This document shows, in pieces, positions 1-8,872 of a stretch of 64,000 bases of DNA. The notes below the pieces were generated by a model that was not told where the DNA came from, made no database searches, and saw nothing but the letters and a program-made list of their open reading frames with translations. The position numbers were made by a program, and so were the translations under genes. Source of the stretch: Candidatus Nanohalarchaeota archaeon (lineage in GTDB: Archaea; Nanohalarchaeota; Nanosalinia; Nanosalinales; JAFCCC01); contig JAFCCC010000002.1 of assembly GCA_017610385.1 (NCBI GenBank), positions 1 to 64,000 on the forward strand, read 5' to 3'. The number at the start of each line of letters is the position of its first letter. Positions within the stretch are counted from its first letter, which is position 1.

Positions 1-155
1 AGTGATTCTTGAAGCCAACCCATTAAAACAATTCGTAAATTTTCTTTTGCAGCATTTTCAAAATCCTTTAAAACCCAGTTAATTGGAAGTAAATGAATTA
101 TTCCCCATAGAAAAATTAATCCAGAACCGATGTAAAGGAAAATTGTGTTTAACAT
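1..155 (-). CDS. membrane protein, partial (runs off window start)
   Basis: Manual translation from ATG at 155: MLNTIFLYIGSGLIFLWGIIHLLPINWVLKDFENAAKENLRIVLMGWLQES..., open to position 1; hydrophobic N-terminus; not in ORF track. Confidence 0.6.
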   Translation of the reverse strand, partial: MLNTIFLYIGSGLIFLWGIIHLLPINWVLKDFENAAKENLRIVLMGWLQES

Positions 156-206
156 AGTATAAACTTAATTTCCATTCATTTAAATTTTTCTATATAAAAT
201 ATAATT

Positions 207-587
207 ATGGTCTCAGGAGAAATATTTGATCAAATAGCGTATCTGACTTTGATTACTTTTGATGATTTTAAAATGCACAAGATTAAAAGAAATTTTATTT
301 TTGAACATGAAAAAATTTACGTTGTGGTGAATCGAAATTCTCAGACCGTGAAAAACATTAGAAAAGGATCTGGCGTTCAAATTCTAATTGGAAATCAAAA
401 ACTAAATTGTGCAGTTGAATTGACTAATAATTTTCAGAAGATTTTTAATTATTTAAAAAAAGAAATGAAGAAATTAGTTAAATTTTACGGCAATAAATAT
501 GAAAGAACAGAAGCACATTTGAGAATCAGCGCAACAAATCATATTCTTCTTGAATTAAAAATTCAAAATATATTGAAAGAAAAATAA
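207..587 (+). CDS. hypothetical protein, weak similarity to pyridoxamine 5'-phosphate oxidase-like split barrel
   Basis: YLTLITF...IYVVVNRNSQTVKNIRKGSGVQI resembles PPOX/F420-binding split-barrel pattern; TATA-like TATATAAA upstream. Confidence 0.45.
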   Translation: MVSGEIFDQIAYLTLITFDDFKMHKIKRNFIFEHEKIYVVVNRNSQTVKNIRKGSGVQILIGNQKLNCAVELTNNFQKIFNYLKKEMKKLVKFYGNKYERTEAHLRISATNHILLELKIQNILKEK

Positions 588-609
588 AAAAAGAAAATAA
601 GTGATCAGT

Positions 610-900
610 TTATTTTTTACCTAACTGATCAAATGCATTTAGTAGTGCTCCTGTGATAATTAAGATAGCGCCTATCATATTTACAATACCGACTATCCAA
701 TTTACCCATGCTGCATTGGCTAATATTTGGAGGTTATTTCCAAAAACACCAACAGCCCAACCAGAAAATAAGAACATAGCACCTGCTACGATATATTTCC
801 AGTCAATTTTAGGAAGAGCACTATATTTCCATAGTAATCCTAACAATGCGATTCCAAGTATACTGAAACTGCCTATTAGAATTTCAAGTCCTAATGCCAT
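610..900 (-). CDS. small 3-TM membrane protein
   Basis: Three hydrophobic segments; ATG at 900 (MALGLE) chosen over TTG at 921. Confidence 0.7.
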   Translation of the reverse strand: MALGLEILIGSFSILGIALLGLLWKYSALPKIDWKYIVAGAMFLFSGWAVGVFGNNLQILANAAWVNWIVGIVNMIGAILIITGALLNAFDQLGKK

Positions 901-993
901 TTTACATTCCTCTAAGCGCAAGATTTGAAACCTTGCTAATATTAAACTTGTATTTGTAGCATATATATAGTTTCTAATTCTATAAACAAAATT

Positions 994-1518
994 ATGATTG
1001 TAGTTTTAAGATTGGGTCATAGACGCATAAGAGATAAAAGAATATCCACTCATGTTGGTTTAGTTGCGAGGGCATTTGGAGCTCAAAAAATTATTTATTC
1101 CGGAGAAAAAGATCTGCAATTATTAGATTCTATTAATAAAGTTTCTGAAAATTGGGGTGGAAAATTTAAAGTTTCTTATGAAAAAAGTTGGAAATATATA
1201 ATTCATGCGTATAAACAAGAAGGATTTAAAGTTGTCCATTTAACAATGTATGGTATGCCATTAAAAAAGAGAATTAGAGCTTGTAGACGAGCTAAAGATC
1301 TTTTGGTGATTGTTGGTGGCGAAAAAGTCCCGTCTGAGGTTTATCAACTAGCTGATTTTAATATAGGTATTGGAAATCAACCTCATTCTGAAGTTTCTGC
1401 ACTAGGCACATTTCTTCATGAATATATGAAAGGAAAACATCATAATAAAAAATATTTGGAAGCCAAAATGGAAATTGTTCCGCAAGAGAAAGGAAAAAAG
1501 ATTTTGAAATATAAATAA
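994..1518 (+). CDS. trm56: tRNA (cytidine(56)-2'-O)-methyltransferase (aTrm56, SPOUT)
   Basis: LRLGHRxxRDKRISTHVGLVARAFGA, VHLTMYG, VGGEKVP, NQPHSEVSAL. Confidence 0.97.
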   Translation: MIVVLRLGHRRIRDKRISTHVGLVARAFGAQKIIYSGEKDLQLLDSINKVSENWGGKFKVSYEKSWKYIIHAYKQEGFKVVHLTMYGMPLKKRIRACRRAKDLLVIVGGEKVPSEVYQLADFNIGIGNQPHSEVSALGTFLHEYMKGKHHNKKYLEAKMEIVPQEKGKKILKYK

Positions 1519-1534
1519 TTTAAAATTTCTTATA

Positions 1535-2122
1535 TTATCTAATTTTTCTTTTCGCAATTATTTGAGCAAATCGTTGATCTAAGTACCTTAAAAGTTTTTC
1601 ATCAATATCCTTTGTTAAATCAATAATTTCATGGAACGGAGTTAAATCTTCTCCAAATTCTATTCCATACGTGTTCCGATAAACGTTTATGTTTTCTCTA
1701 TCTCGTATTTTAAGTATGTTTCTAGCAGCTTCTGTGGAGATGCCATCCCTTTTGCTAACTCTTTTCGCTCTAATTTCTATTGGCGCAGTTAACCAAAGAT
1801 TAATTACTGGTCCGGTATAAAGCCACGGCATAGTCCACGAAGTTCCTGTGCAAATTTCTGTATCCAATCTTCGCATCCATTCTTCATCCATTCGGCGATC
1901 AAAAATAGGATTTGATTTCCTTCTTTCTAGGAACTCTAAACCAGGTGGACTTTCCCAAAATCCTTCTTGATCTGTGTTTTGATAACCTAACTCCTTCGCA
2001 ATTGCTTTAAGAATATCACCACCATCATAGAATGGAATTTTGTATCTAAATGCTAACTGGGCGGCTAATTCTGTTTTGCCTGTGCCCGGCAAACTTGCAA
2101 CAATAATTGAACTTTTTATCAT
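1535..2122 (-). CDS. cmk: cytidylate kinase, archaeal type
   Basis: P-loop PGTGKT, D.RMD, LWLTAPIEIRAKRVSKRDG, R...YGI. Confidence 0.85.
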   Translation of the reverse strand: MIKSSIIVASLPGTGKTELAAQLAFRYKIPFYDGGDILKAIAKELGYQNTDQEGFWESPPGLEFLERRKSNPIFDRRMDEEWMRRLDTEICTGTSWTMPWLYTGPVINLWLTAPIEIRAKRVSKRDGISTEAARNILKIRDRENINVYRNTYGIEFGEDLTPFHEIIDLTKDIDEKLLRYLDQRFAQIIAKRKIR

Positions 2123-3045
2123 TTTTCTGGTCTATGTGATTTAATTGTAATATGAAGACCATCATAGGCTAATTCCGTATTATCGAAAATCTTCTTCGCC
2201 TCTTTTAATAGCTCTTCAGAATTATTCCCATACCTTCTACTAATATGCGTTAAAATTAATTTTTTTACTTTAGCTTTTTTAGCTGTTTCTGCAGCGCCTT
2301 TTGCTGAGGAATGTGCTACTTGTTTTTTTACTAAAACTTCTTCTAGTAATGTAACATCATGAATCAATAAATCTGCATTTTTAGAAAATTTAATAACATT
2401 AGGACAATAACTTGTATCTCCAGTATAAACTAATTTTATTCCGGGAACTTTTTCAATAATTTGACTTGGTTTAATTTTTTTACCCTCATATTCTATTATC
2501 ATTCCTTCTTTTAATTTTTTAATTAAAGGAGATGGTTTTAAACCTATTTTTTTCATTTTTTCTCGATTTGCTTTCATTAAATCTTCTTCTTTCATAACAT
2601 AACCAAGCGAAGGAACATTATGTTCTGTTTTAAAAGGAATGATTTCATATTTGCTTTTTTTAATTTTGCCAAGAATACTTTCATTTTCTTTCACGTCTTT
2701 TGCAATGACTTCATAACCTCTGTAATAATATCCAATCTCTAGTAATTTTTTTACAAACCCTTCGGTTCCTATTGGTCCATAAATGTATAATGGATTTTTC
2801 CTTCTTTCCAAAGACATCGTTTGAATTAGGCCTATAAGTCCAGACCAATGATCTGCATGCCAATGAGAAATAAAAATCTTGTTAATTTTCATAAGACCTA
2901 AACCTTCTTTCATTATAGTTTTTTGGGCCCCTTCTCCACAATCAAATAGAATTCGTTCTCCTTGATAATTAATTAAAATCGCTGGTAAATTTCTATTTCT
3001 AGTTGGAACAGATGCGGATGTGCCGAGAATATGTACGTCTAGCAT
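2119..3045 (-). CDS. rnz: ribonuclease Z
   Basis: LGTSASVPTRNRN, FDCGEG, HWHADH, YTGDT, HSS, LTHISRRY. Confidence 0.97.
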   Translation of the reverse strand: MLDVHILGTSASVPTRNRNLPAILINYQGERILFDCGEGAQKTIMKEGLGLMKINKIFISHWHADHWSGLIGLIQTMSLERRKNPLYIYGPIGTEGFVKKLLEIGYYYRGYEVIAKDVKENESILGKIKKSKYEIIPFKTEHNVPSLGYVMKEEDLMKANREKMKKIGLKPSPLIKKLKEGMIIEYEGKKIKPSQIIEKVPGIKLVYTGDTSYCPNVIKFSKNADLLIHDVTLLEEVLVKKQVAHSSAKGAAETAKKAKVKKLILTHISRRYGNNSEELLKEAKKIFDNTELAYDGLHITIKSHRPEK

Positions 3046-3058
3046 TTCTATAATCTAT

Positions 3059-4006
3059 TTAGTTTAAAACATAAATAAAGTTGCTTAGGTTTTTGTGAAT
3101 ATATATTTCATATTTTGACTTTAAAACTCTTTCTTTGAATTTTATTTTATTTAAATTACTTGTAAATACTATTTTACCGCGAATTTTGTTTGGAATATTT
3201 TCTAAAAATAACTCTGTTGTTTCTCCGATCTTTTTAGAGGCAATCCCATACGGAAGTCCAGTTACACAGGCATCAAATTTCTCTTTAAATTTTTCATCAA
3301 TTTTAGAAATATCAGATTGTTTTATTTCAGAATGCCTGATTCCAAAAAATTCTAAATTCTCTCTAGTCCCATTTACCATTTTTTTACTAATATCTGATCC
3401 ATAAACTTTAGCACCGATTAATCCTGCTTCTATTAAAAATCCTCCGGTTCCACAAAACGGATCAAATATTTTTTTGCCTTTTTTAATTTCAGTTAAATTA
3501 ACAAAAACACGAGCCCATTTCGGATGAGCAGATGTGGGAAATTTAAATGGTCGATGCTGATTTTTTCTAGTTTCAAATTTATTCTCATTTTTCCATATTT
3601 TTTTGCATAAAAATTTTCTGTTTTTGTAAATGAAAATTCTGAAAAAATCAGTTGGATTTTTAAAATTCACTTCTTTTTTAGTTTGATCATAAATTATTTT
3701 TGAGATTGTTTTCTCTAAATTTGATTTTTTTCCATCTAAAACATGTTCTCTTACGCAATAATCTTTTTTTACTTTGAATTTAACATTCAAATCTTCTATT
3801 TTATTAAATTCTGCCAAAACAATAAAAACTTCTTTAGTTAATGCCAATCGATTAATTATTTCTAAATCTATTTTTTCAATCTCAACAAAAATCAAATTTT
3901 CCAACATTTCTTCAATTTTATATTTTCCATTTACATTCAAAACAGATTTAAGTTCCCCAAGAATTATTTCTGGATTTTCTTTCAGGGTGAGAAAAGCATA
4001 TTTCAT
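3059..4006 (-). CDS. trm11: tRNA (guanine(10)-N2)-methyltransferase, Trm11/THUMP family
   Basis: RPFKFPTSAHPKWARVFVNL, DPFCGTGGFLIEA, LPYG; start at ATG 4006. Confidence 0.85.
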   Translation of the reverse strand: MKYAFLTLKENPEIILGELKSVLNVNGKYKIEEMLENLIFVEIEKIDLEIINRLALTKEVFIVLAEFNKIEDLNVKFKVKKDYCVREHVLDGKKSNLEKTISKIIYDQTKKEVNFKNPTDFFRIFIYKNRKFLCKKIWKNENKFETRKNQHRPFKFPTSAHPKWARVFVNLTEIKKGKKIFDPFCGTGGFLIEAGLIGAKVYGSDISKKMVNGTRENLEFFGIRHSEIKQSDISKIDEKFKEKFDACVTGLPYGIASKKIGETTELFLENIPNKIRGKIVFTSNLNKIKFKERVLKSKYEIYIHKNLSNFIYVLN

Positions 4007-4097
4007 AATATCAACTTCGTAAACAAACTTTAAATTCAAACGCCCTCGCTTATGTGCAGTACTTACTCTTTTAAGATTTTAAAGTAATATTCAGGTC

Positions 4098-4778
4098 ATG
4101 GCCAGAGTAACTTTACCAAAATTGATTAAATCTCTTGAAACTCCGAAGGTGGTTTGTCAAGATGGACGAGTTTATTGGGGCGATTCTAGTATTATTCTTG
4201 TTGATGATCCAAGACTTTCTGGATATTTTCGTAGGGTCTATGGACTAAACATGATAGGTTCGGGAGAAGATGAAACTTATGATTTAAGTGAATTTGAGGG
4301 ATGCCTCGAAATGGTGCATAGCCAAGATGCATCACAAAAATTAGATATTAATAGTATAGTTCAAGAGGTCTCTGAAGATCAAGATGTATTGAAAGCTTTG
4401 GCATATTCTAACTTAAAATTTTTTGATCCAGATATCGAAAGAGAGCAGATTGCTTTTGGATTGAGCCACAGTAGAAAAATTAACGCCCCTTATGAAAATA
4501 TGATTTGGGTTGATAGACTTAAAGCAGGGTATATTTCAGAAGTATTTACAAGATTACAGACGCAACTATTTGCGGTGCGAACGATGAGAGAAGAATGGAT
4601 GCACGATATAGCTTTAACTCCTTGGTTTCTGCTTTCAGATCATCCTTCTTGGTTATTTTACATGATAAATTACGAAGAAGTTCGTGCAGCAATAAAACTG
4701 GAAGAAAATGATGCAGACACAATTTCTGGCGTACGTTTAACAGCGAAAACGTGGGAAGAATTATTTCAAACATCCTGA
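4098..4778 (+). CDS. hypothetical protein (possible degenerate tRNA-splicing endonuclease-like fold)
   Basis: 226-aa ORF with TATA-like element upstream; only weak motif resemblance (see findings). Confidence 0.65.
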   Translation: MARVTLPKLIKSLETPKVVCQDGRVYWGDSSIILVDDPRLSGYFRRVYGLNMIGSGEDETYDLSEFEGCLEMVHSQDASQKLDINSIVQEVSEDQDVLKALAYSNLKFFDPDIEREQIAFGLSHSRKINAPYENMIWVDRLKAGYISEVFTRLQTQLFAVRTMREEWMHDIALTPWFLLSDHPSWLFYMINYEEVRAAIKLEENDADTISGVRLTAKTWEELFQTS

Positions 4779-5084
4779 GCATTTCACAATAGACTTAAAT
4801 TAAAACATTTTTCGAGTTCCGTTTGAATTTTCAGTTCAAAAGTCAGAAAGTGTAGACTTTGGCAAGAATTATGTGTTAGATCCTTTACTGCTGTGATCAT
4901 GCATGTACTTTCTTATTTTTTCATCTCGCCTTGTTACTTCTTCTTCGAGTAGGTCATACCACTTTTGGTGGCTCTTTGTATCATCTATGTACTTCAACTA
5001 TCACAAACAGGTTTCATTACCATTTAATCTATACTTTCGCCTTGTAAATTATAGAAATTACCAAATAAACTTCGCTATTTACTT

Positions 5085-6098
5085 CTATTTTGGAAACAAT
5101 ACTTTATCCTCACTCAGAGAACGCCCCATTTGAATTCTATAGATGGCCTCTGCAAAATACGGTGCGATGTTCTTCATAAAAAACCACTTCTTATTTCTTT
5201 CTAAAAATTCGTGGGAATGTGGAATTGAATTAGTACCTATAATTGTGCAATTCCATTCTTTTAATTTGCTTTCTGCTGGTGCACTAAGCAAAGAATGAGA
5301 ACAAATAACCATGACATTTGCAGCACCACGTTCTCTTAGAAGTTTATATGAACTTACAATTGTGCCTCCTGTATCAACAATATCATCAATAAGAATCATG
5401 TTTTTTCCTCTTAAATTTTGTTCACCTTCAATCTCTTTAAGTTCTACAATATTTCTATTATAGATCTCTCTTCTTTTTCGTATAATTGAAAAATTAATTC
5501 CAAGACTTTTTGCATATGTTTGAACTCTTGTCGCGCCACCCAAGTCTGGGGAAACCAAAACTGTCTCGTCAGTACATTTTTTCTGTAAATATGGAAGAAA
5601 AATGGCTCTCGCCTCCAAATTATCAATAGGTATATCCGCAAACGCCTGTATTGCAGGAGCATGTAAATCCATGGTTATAATTCTCGCTATTTTTTGATGT
5701 TCTAAAAAAGAAATTAAAACCTTTGCTGATATTGGTACTCTTCCTTCTACTTTTTTTTCTTGCCGGGAGTATGGCAAATACGGAAGAACATTTGTTACAC
5801 TTCTTGCAGAATCTCGCATTACTGTGTCATTCAAAAGAAAAAGTTCCCATATATCTTCATTTACTCCATAGGGTTCATCATGAAATCTTTGAATAACATA
5901 AACGTCTTTTTGTCGCATACTTTCTAAAACTTTTGGTTTAATTTCTCCATCTTTAAATTCTTCAACCCTAACCGGAGTTAGATGAAACTTTTCAAAACCC
6001 GGTTTCTTTTTAAGCTCTTCTACCACTTCTTGTGCAAAATCTTCGCTCTGTCGTCCATAGATTATTCTCAATCTTTCTGCAACAAATTTTGCATCCAT
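5085..6098 (-). CDS. prs: ribose-phosphate pyrophosphokinase
   Basis: FKDGEI, PYLPYSRQEK, MDLHAPAIQAF, VSPDLGG, LIDDIVDTGGT. Confidence 0.96.
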   Translation of the reverse strand: MDAKFVAERLRIIYGRQSEDFAQEVVEELKKKPGFEKFHLTPVRVEEFKDGEIKPKVLESMRQKDVYVIQRFHDEPYGVNEDIWELFLLNDTVMRDSARSVTNVLPYLPYSRQEKKVEGRVPISAKVLISFLEHQKIARIITMDLHAPAIQAFADIPIDNLEARAIFLPYLQKKCTDETVLVSPDLGGATRVQTYAKSLGINFSIIRKRREIYNRNIVELKEIEGEQNLRGKNMILIDDIVDTGGTIVSSYKLLRERGAANVMVICSHSLLSAPAESKLKEWNCTIIGTNSIPHSHEFLERNKKWFFMKNIAPYFAEAIYRIQMGRSLSEDKVLFPK

Positions 6099-6168
6099 TT
6101 CTCTACGTCTTTTGATTCCCATAATTTTATATTTAACGGAACTCAATATTTTGTTGGGAGAAGGTTTA

Positions 6169-7254
6169 ATGGAGAAAGAAAATATTTTTTTGTTTGTATT
6201 GATTATAATAACAGGTTTTTTGAGTTACCTAGTCCTTAAATCCCAATTAGCGTACATTCTTGCAGGCATAATATTGGCTTTTGTTTCTTATCCTGTTTAT
6301 AAATTTATCAAAAAAATAGTCAGAAATCATACGCTCTCCGCCTTTATTGTTATTTTGATGTTATTAAGTTTAATAGTGGTACCGGCGATTTATGCTGGAA
6401 AAGTACTGTATGTTCAATCTGCAAATATTATTTCTAAAGTAGGGGAAATTGATCTCAATAAATTAGATGTTACAGATTTAGAACTAACTCTTCAGAAATA
6501 CACTGGTCAAAATATTGATATCAAACAAAAAATCAGAGAGAGTATAGTCGGTGTTGCAGAAGTCATTACAAGGAGCTCAATTAGTTTTGCAGGTAAATTA
6601 GCTAATTTCGCTCTTGGAATTTTTATTATGTTCTTTATTATTTTTTATTTGTATAATGATGGAGAGGGTTTTGTTCGCGAATTAAAAGCGCTAATTCCCA
6701 TGAAAAAGGAACATAAAGAATATTTGTTTGAGGAAATGGGAAAAGTAACGAAAGCTGTACTTGTTGGCATATTATTAACTGCAATAATTCAGGGATTAAT
6801 CGCCGCTCTTGGATTTTATTTGTTTGGATACCCAAATGCACTGTTTTGGGGTTTATTATGCGCTATTTTATATATAATCCCGATTGTCGGACCATTCTTA
6901 ATTTTTATACCAATGGGTATTTATTCCCTCTCAGTGGGAGATTATTTTTCAGGTATTGGAATTTTATTGTATGGTATAATTATTCTGAATAATACAGATA
7001 ATTTTATTAGACCAAAATTAGTGTCTATGCAAACTAAAATCCATCCAGCAATAATTTTAATTGGTTTGATTGGGGGATTATACATGATGGGCCTTGTTGG
7101 TTTATTTATTGGCCCCTTGATTCTTTCTCTATTTTTAGCGCTTTTAGAAGTATATGCCAATAAAAGCATAATTTATGACCGAGCACGAATAAGAGAAGCA
7201 AAAATTAAAAAGAAAGAAGATAGAAAGATTAGAAAACGGATTAAAAGGAAATAA
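6169..7254 (+). CDS. AI-2E family transporter
   Basis: Multi-TM; IPIVGP, DNFIRPKL, IHPAIILIGLIGG...GLVGLFIGPLIL. Confidence 0.93.
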   Translation: MEKENIFLFVLIIITGFLSYLVLKSQLAYILAGIILAFVSYPVYKFIKKIVRNHTLSAFIVILMLLSLIVVPAIYAGKVLYVQSANIISKVGEIDLNKLDVTDLELTLQKYTGQNIDIKQKIRESIVGVAEVITRSSISFAGKLANFALGIFIMFFIIFYLYNDGEGFVRELKALIPMKKEHKEYLFEEMGKVTKAVLVGILLTAIIQGLIAALGFYLFGYPNALFWGLLCAILYIIPIVGPFLIFIPMGIYSLSVGDYFSGIGILLYGIIILNNTDNFIRPKLVSMQTKIHPAIILIGLIGGLYMMGLVGLFIGPLILSLFLALLEVYANKSIIYDRARIREAKIKKKEDRKIRKRIKRK

Positions 7255-7278
7255 TCTTGATATTGCTATATCGGAAAT

Positions 7279-7323
7279 ACTTAATCTTTTTTGTATTGCA
7301 TATAAATCACTTAATCTTTTTTG
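7279..7323. repeat. direct repeat ACTTAATCTTTTTTG x2 (30-bp period) duplicating a gene 3' end
   Basis: Exact 15-mer at 7279-7293 and 7309-7323; second copy contains the stop codon of 7311..7565. Confidence 0.75.
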
Positions 7324-7565
7324 AAATGACTTACAATTTGTTTTTCAGAATAAGGTATACCTTCTATAATTGTTTGTCCATCAATGATTAAGGAAGGAAT
7401 TGTATTAATTCTTTTTTTAATTGCGTAGGATAATCCCGCTGGTTTGCTTACATCATAACCAATAATCCCTAATTCTTTAACTTTTTTGGTTAAATCTCTT
7501 ACAACAGATAATGCTCTTAAACTTCGTGAATCTTTCCCCGAATAAAAAATAATTATTGAATGCAT
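7311..7565 (-). CDS. small thioredoxin-fold protein lacking CxxC
   Basis: IIFYSGKDSRS, YDV, TIPSLIIDG...EGIP match small archaeal thioredoxin/glutaredoxin pattern; no Cys. Confidence 0.7.
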   Translation of the reverse strand: MHSIIIFYSGKDSRSLRALSVVRDLTKKVKELGIIGYDVSKPAGLSYAIKKRINTIPSLIIDGQTIIEGIPYSEKQIVSHFKKD

Positions 7566-7648
7566 AATTTCCTTTGTCTTATTTTGGTATATGTCCTTAA
7601 TTATCTTTGTGGTTAATAGTATAAAAAATTTAGAGAGAATCATAAATT

Positions 7649-8872
7649 ATGAAAATTTCAATAATTTCTGACACGCATTTTGGATATGGTTGGGAAAGCA
7701 GAAGACAAGAAGACACGTTTATTCAGGCACAAGAAGCATTTGAAAATTCCCGGAATTGTGATTTAATATTGCTTGGTGGCGATATTTTTGATGAAAGAAC
7801 CCCAAAACCAGAAGTATGGAGCAAGGCATTGAAAGTGCTTTCGATTGCGCTAATGGCACCCAAATCAAAAGTAACTTTAATAGATTCCAACGTGAAAAAT
7901 AAGATTTCACCGATCATTTTTTCAGGAATTCCGGTTGTAGCCATACACGGTACGCATGAAAGAAGATCGAAATCATTTGTTAATCCCATTCAACTTTTAG
8001 AAAAAATGGGTTATTTAATTCATTTACATGGAACTTATGCTATATTTGAAAAGAATGGGGGGCGAGTGGCAATTCATGGAATGAGTGGCGTTCCTGAAAG
8101 ATTTGCTCCAGAAGTGTTTAACAAGCTAAATTTTAAACCAATTCCGAACGCGTATAACATTCTTGTTTTACATCAATCTATTGGCGGATATGTTTATTCT
8201 GATGATGAGGAATCCGTCTTAAAACTTTCTGATCTTCCAGTGGGTTTTGATTTGATTATTGATGGACATATTCATTGGTACAAGGAAACAAAACAGAAAA
8301 ATTTAGTTTTTCCTGGCAGCACTGTAATGACTCAAATGAGAAAAGTTGAAAGTGAAGTTCCAAAGGGTTTTCTTAAAGTAGATACTGAAACAAAAAAAAT
8401 TGAATTTATTCGGTTAAAGAGTGCCCGTAAATTTTTCTTTAAGGAATTTAATATCAATGACTTATCTTCTAATCAAATTAATGAAAAAATCGCTCATGAG
8501 ATTCAGAATATTTTACGAAATTCCTTTGATAGAGAACCCATTGTTCGATTTGTATTAAAGGGGGAAAAAGATTTTGAATTGGATTTAAAGCACCTAAATC
8601 GTCTTTATGGAGATAAAATAATTATTAAAGTTAATAAAAAACTAAAAATAGCCAAAAGAAACTTGCAATATCTCTCAGAGTTCAAAAAGAATAGAAAAAG
8701 TATAACAGAAATAGGAAAAGAAATATTAGAAAATAATCTTTCTAAGACTTTTAAAGAAAAAATTAATTTTGATTTTTATGATTTTTTTGAATTATTAGCT
8801 AAAGAAAAACTCGATGAATCTTTTAACTTATTAATGGAGGACTTGGAAGTAAAAAATGATAACGAAAATTAA
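7649..8872 (+). CDS. mre11: DNA double-strand break repair nuclease Mre11
   Basis: ISDTHFG, GGDIFD, HGTHE, LHQS, GHIH, FPGS; overlaps rad50 start. Confidence 0.93.
   Translation: MKISIISDTHFGYGWESRRQEDTFIQAQEAFENSRNCDLILLGGDIFDERTPKPEVWSKALKVLSIALMAPKSKVTLIDSNVKNKISPIIFSGIPVVAIHGTHERRSKSFVNPIQLLEKMGYLIHLHGTYAIFEKNGGRVAIHGMSGVPERFAPEVFNKLNFKPIPNAYNILVLHQSIGGYVYSDDEESVLKLSDLPVGFDLIIDGHIHWYKETKQKNLVFPGSTVMTQMRKVESEVPKGFLKVDTETKKIEFIRLKSARKFFFKEFNINDLSSNQINEKIAHEIQNILRNSFDREPIVRFVLKGEKDFELDLKHLNRLYGDKIIIKVNKKLKIAKRNLQYLSEFKKNRKSITEIGKEILENNLSKTFKEKINFDFYDFFELLAKEKLDESFNLLMEDLEVKNDNEN

Noticed and set aside
4780-5084. ORF 4903..5133 and short minus-strand frames (e.g. MKYIDDTKSHQKWYDLLEEEV..., 42 aa)
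   Set aside because: The first overlaps the prs end with implausible composition; the short frames may be a gene remnant but cannot be supported
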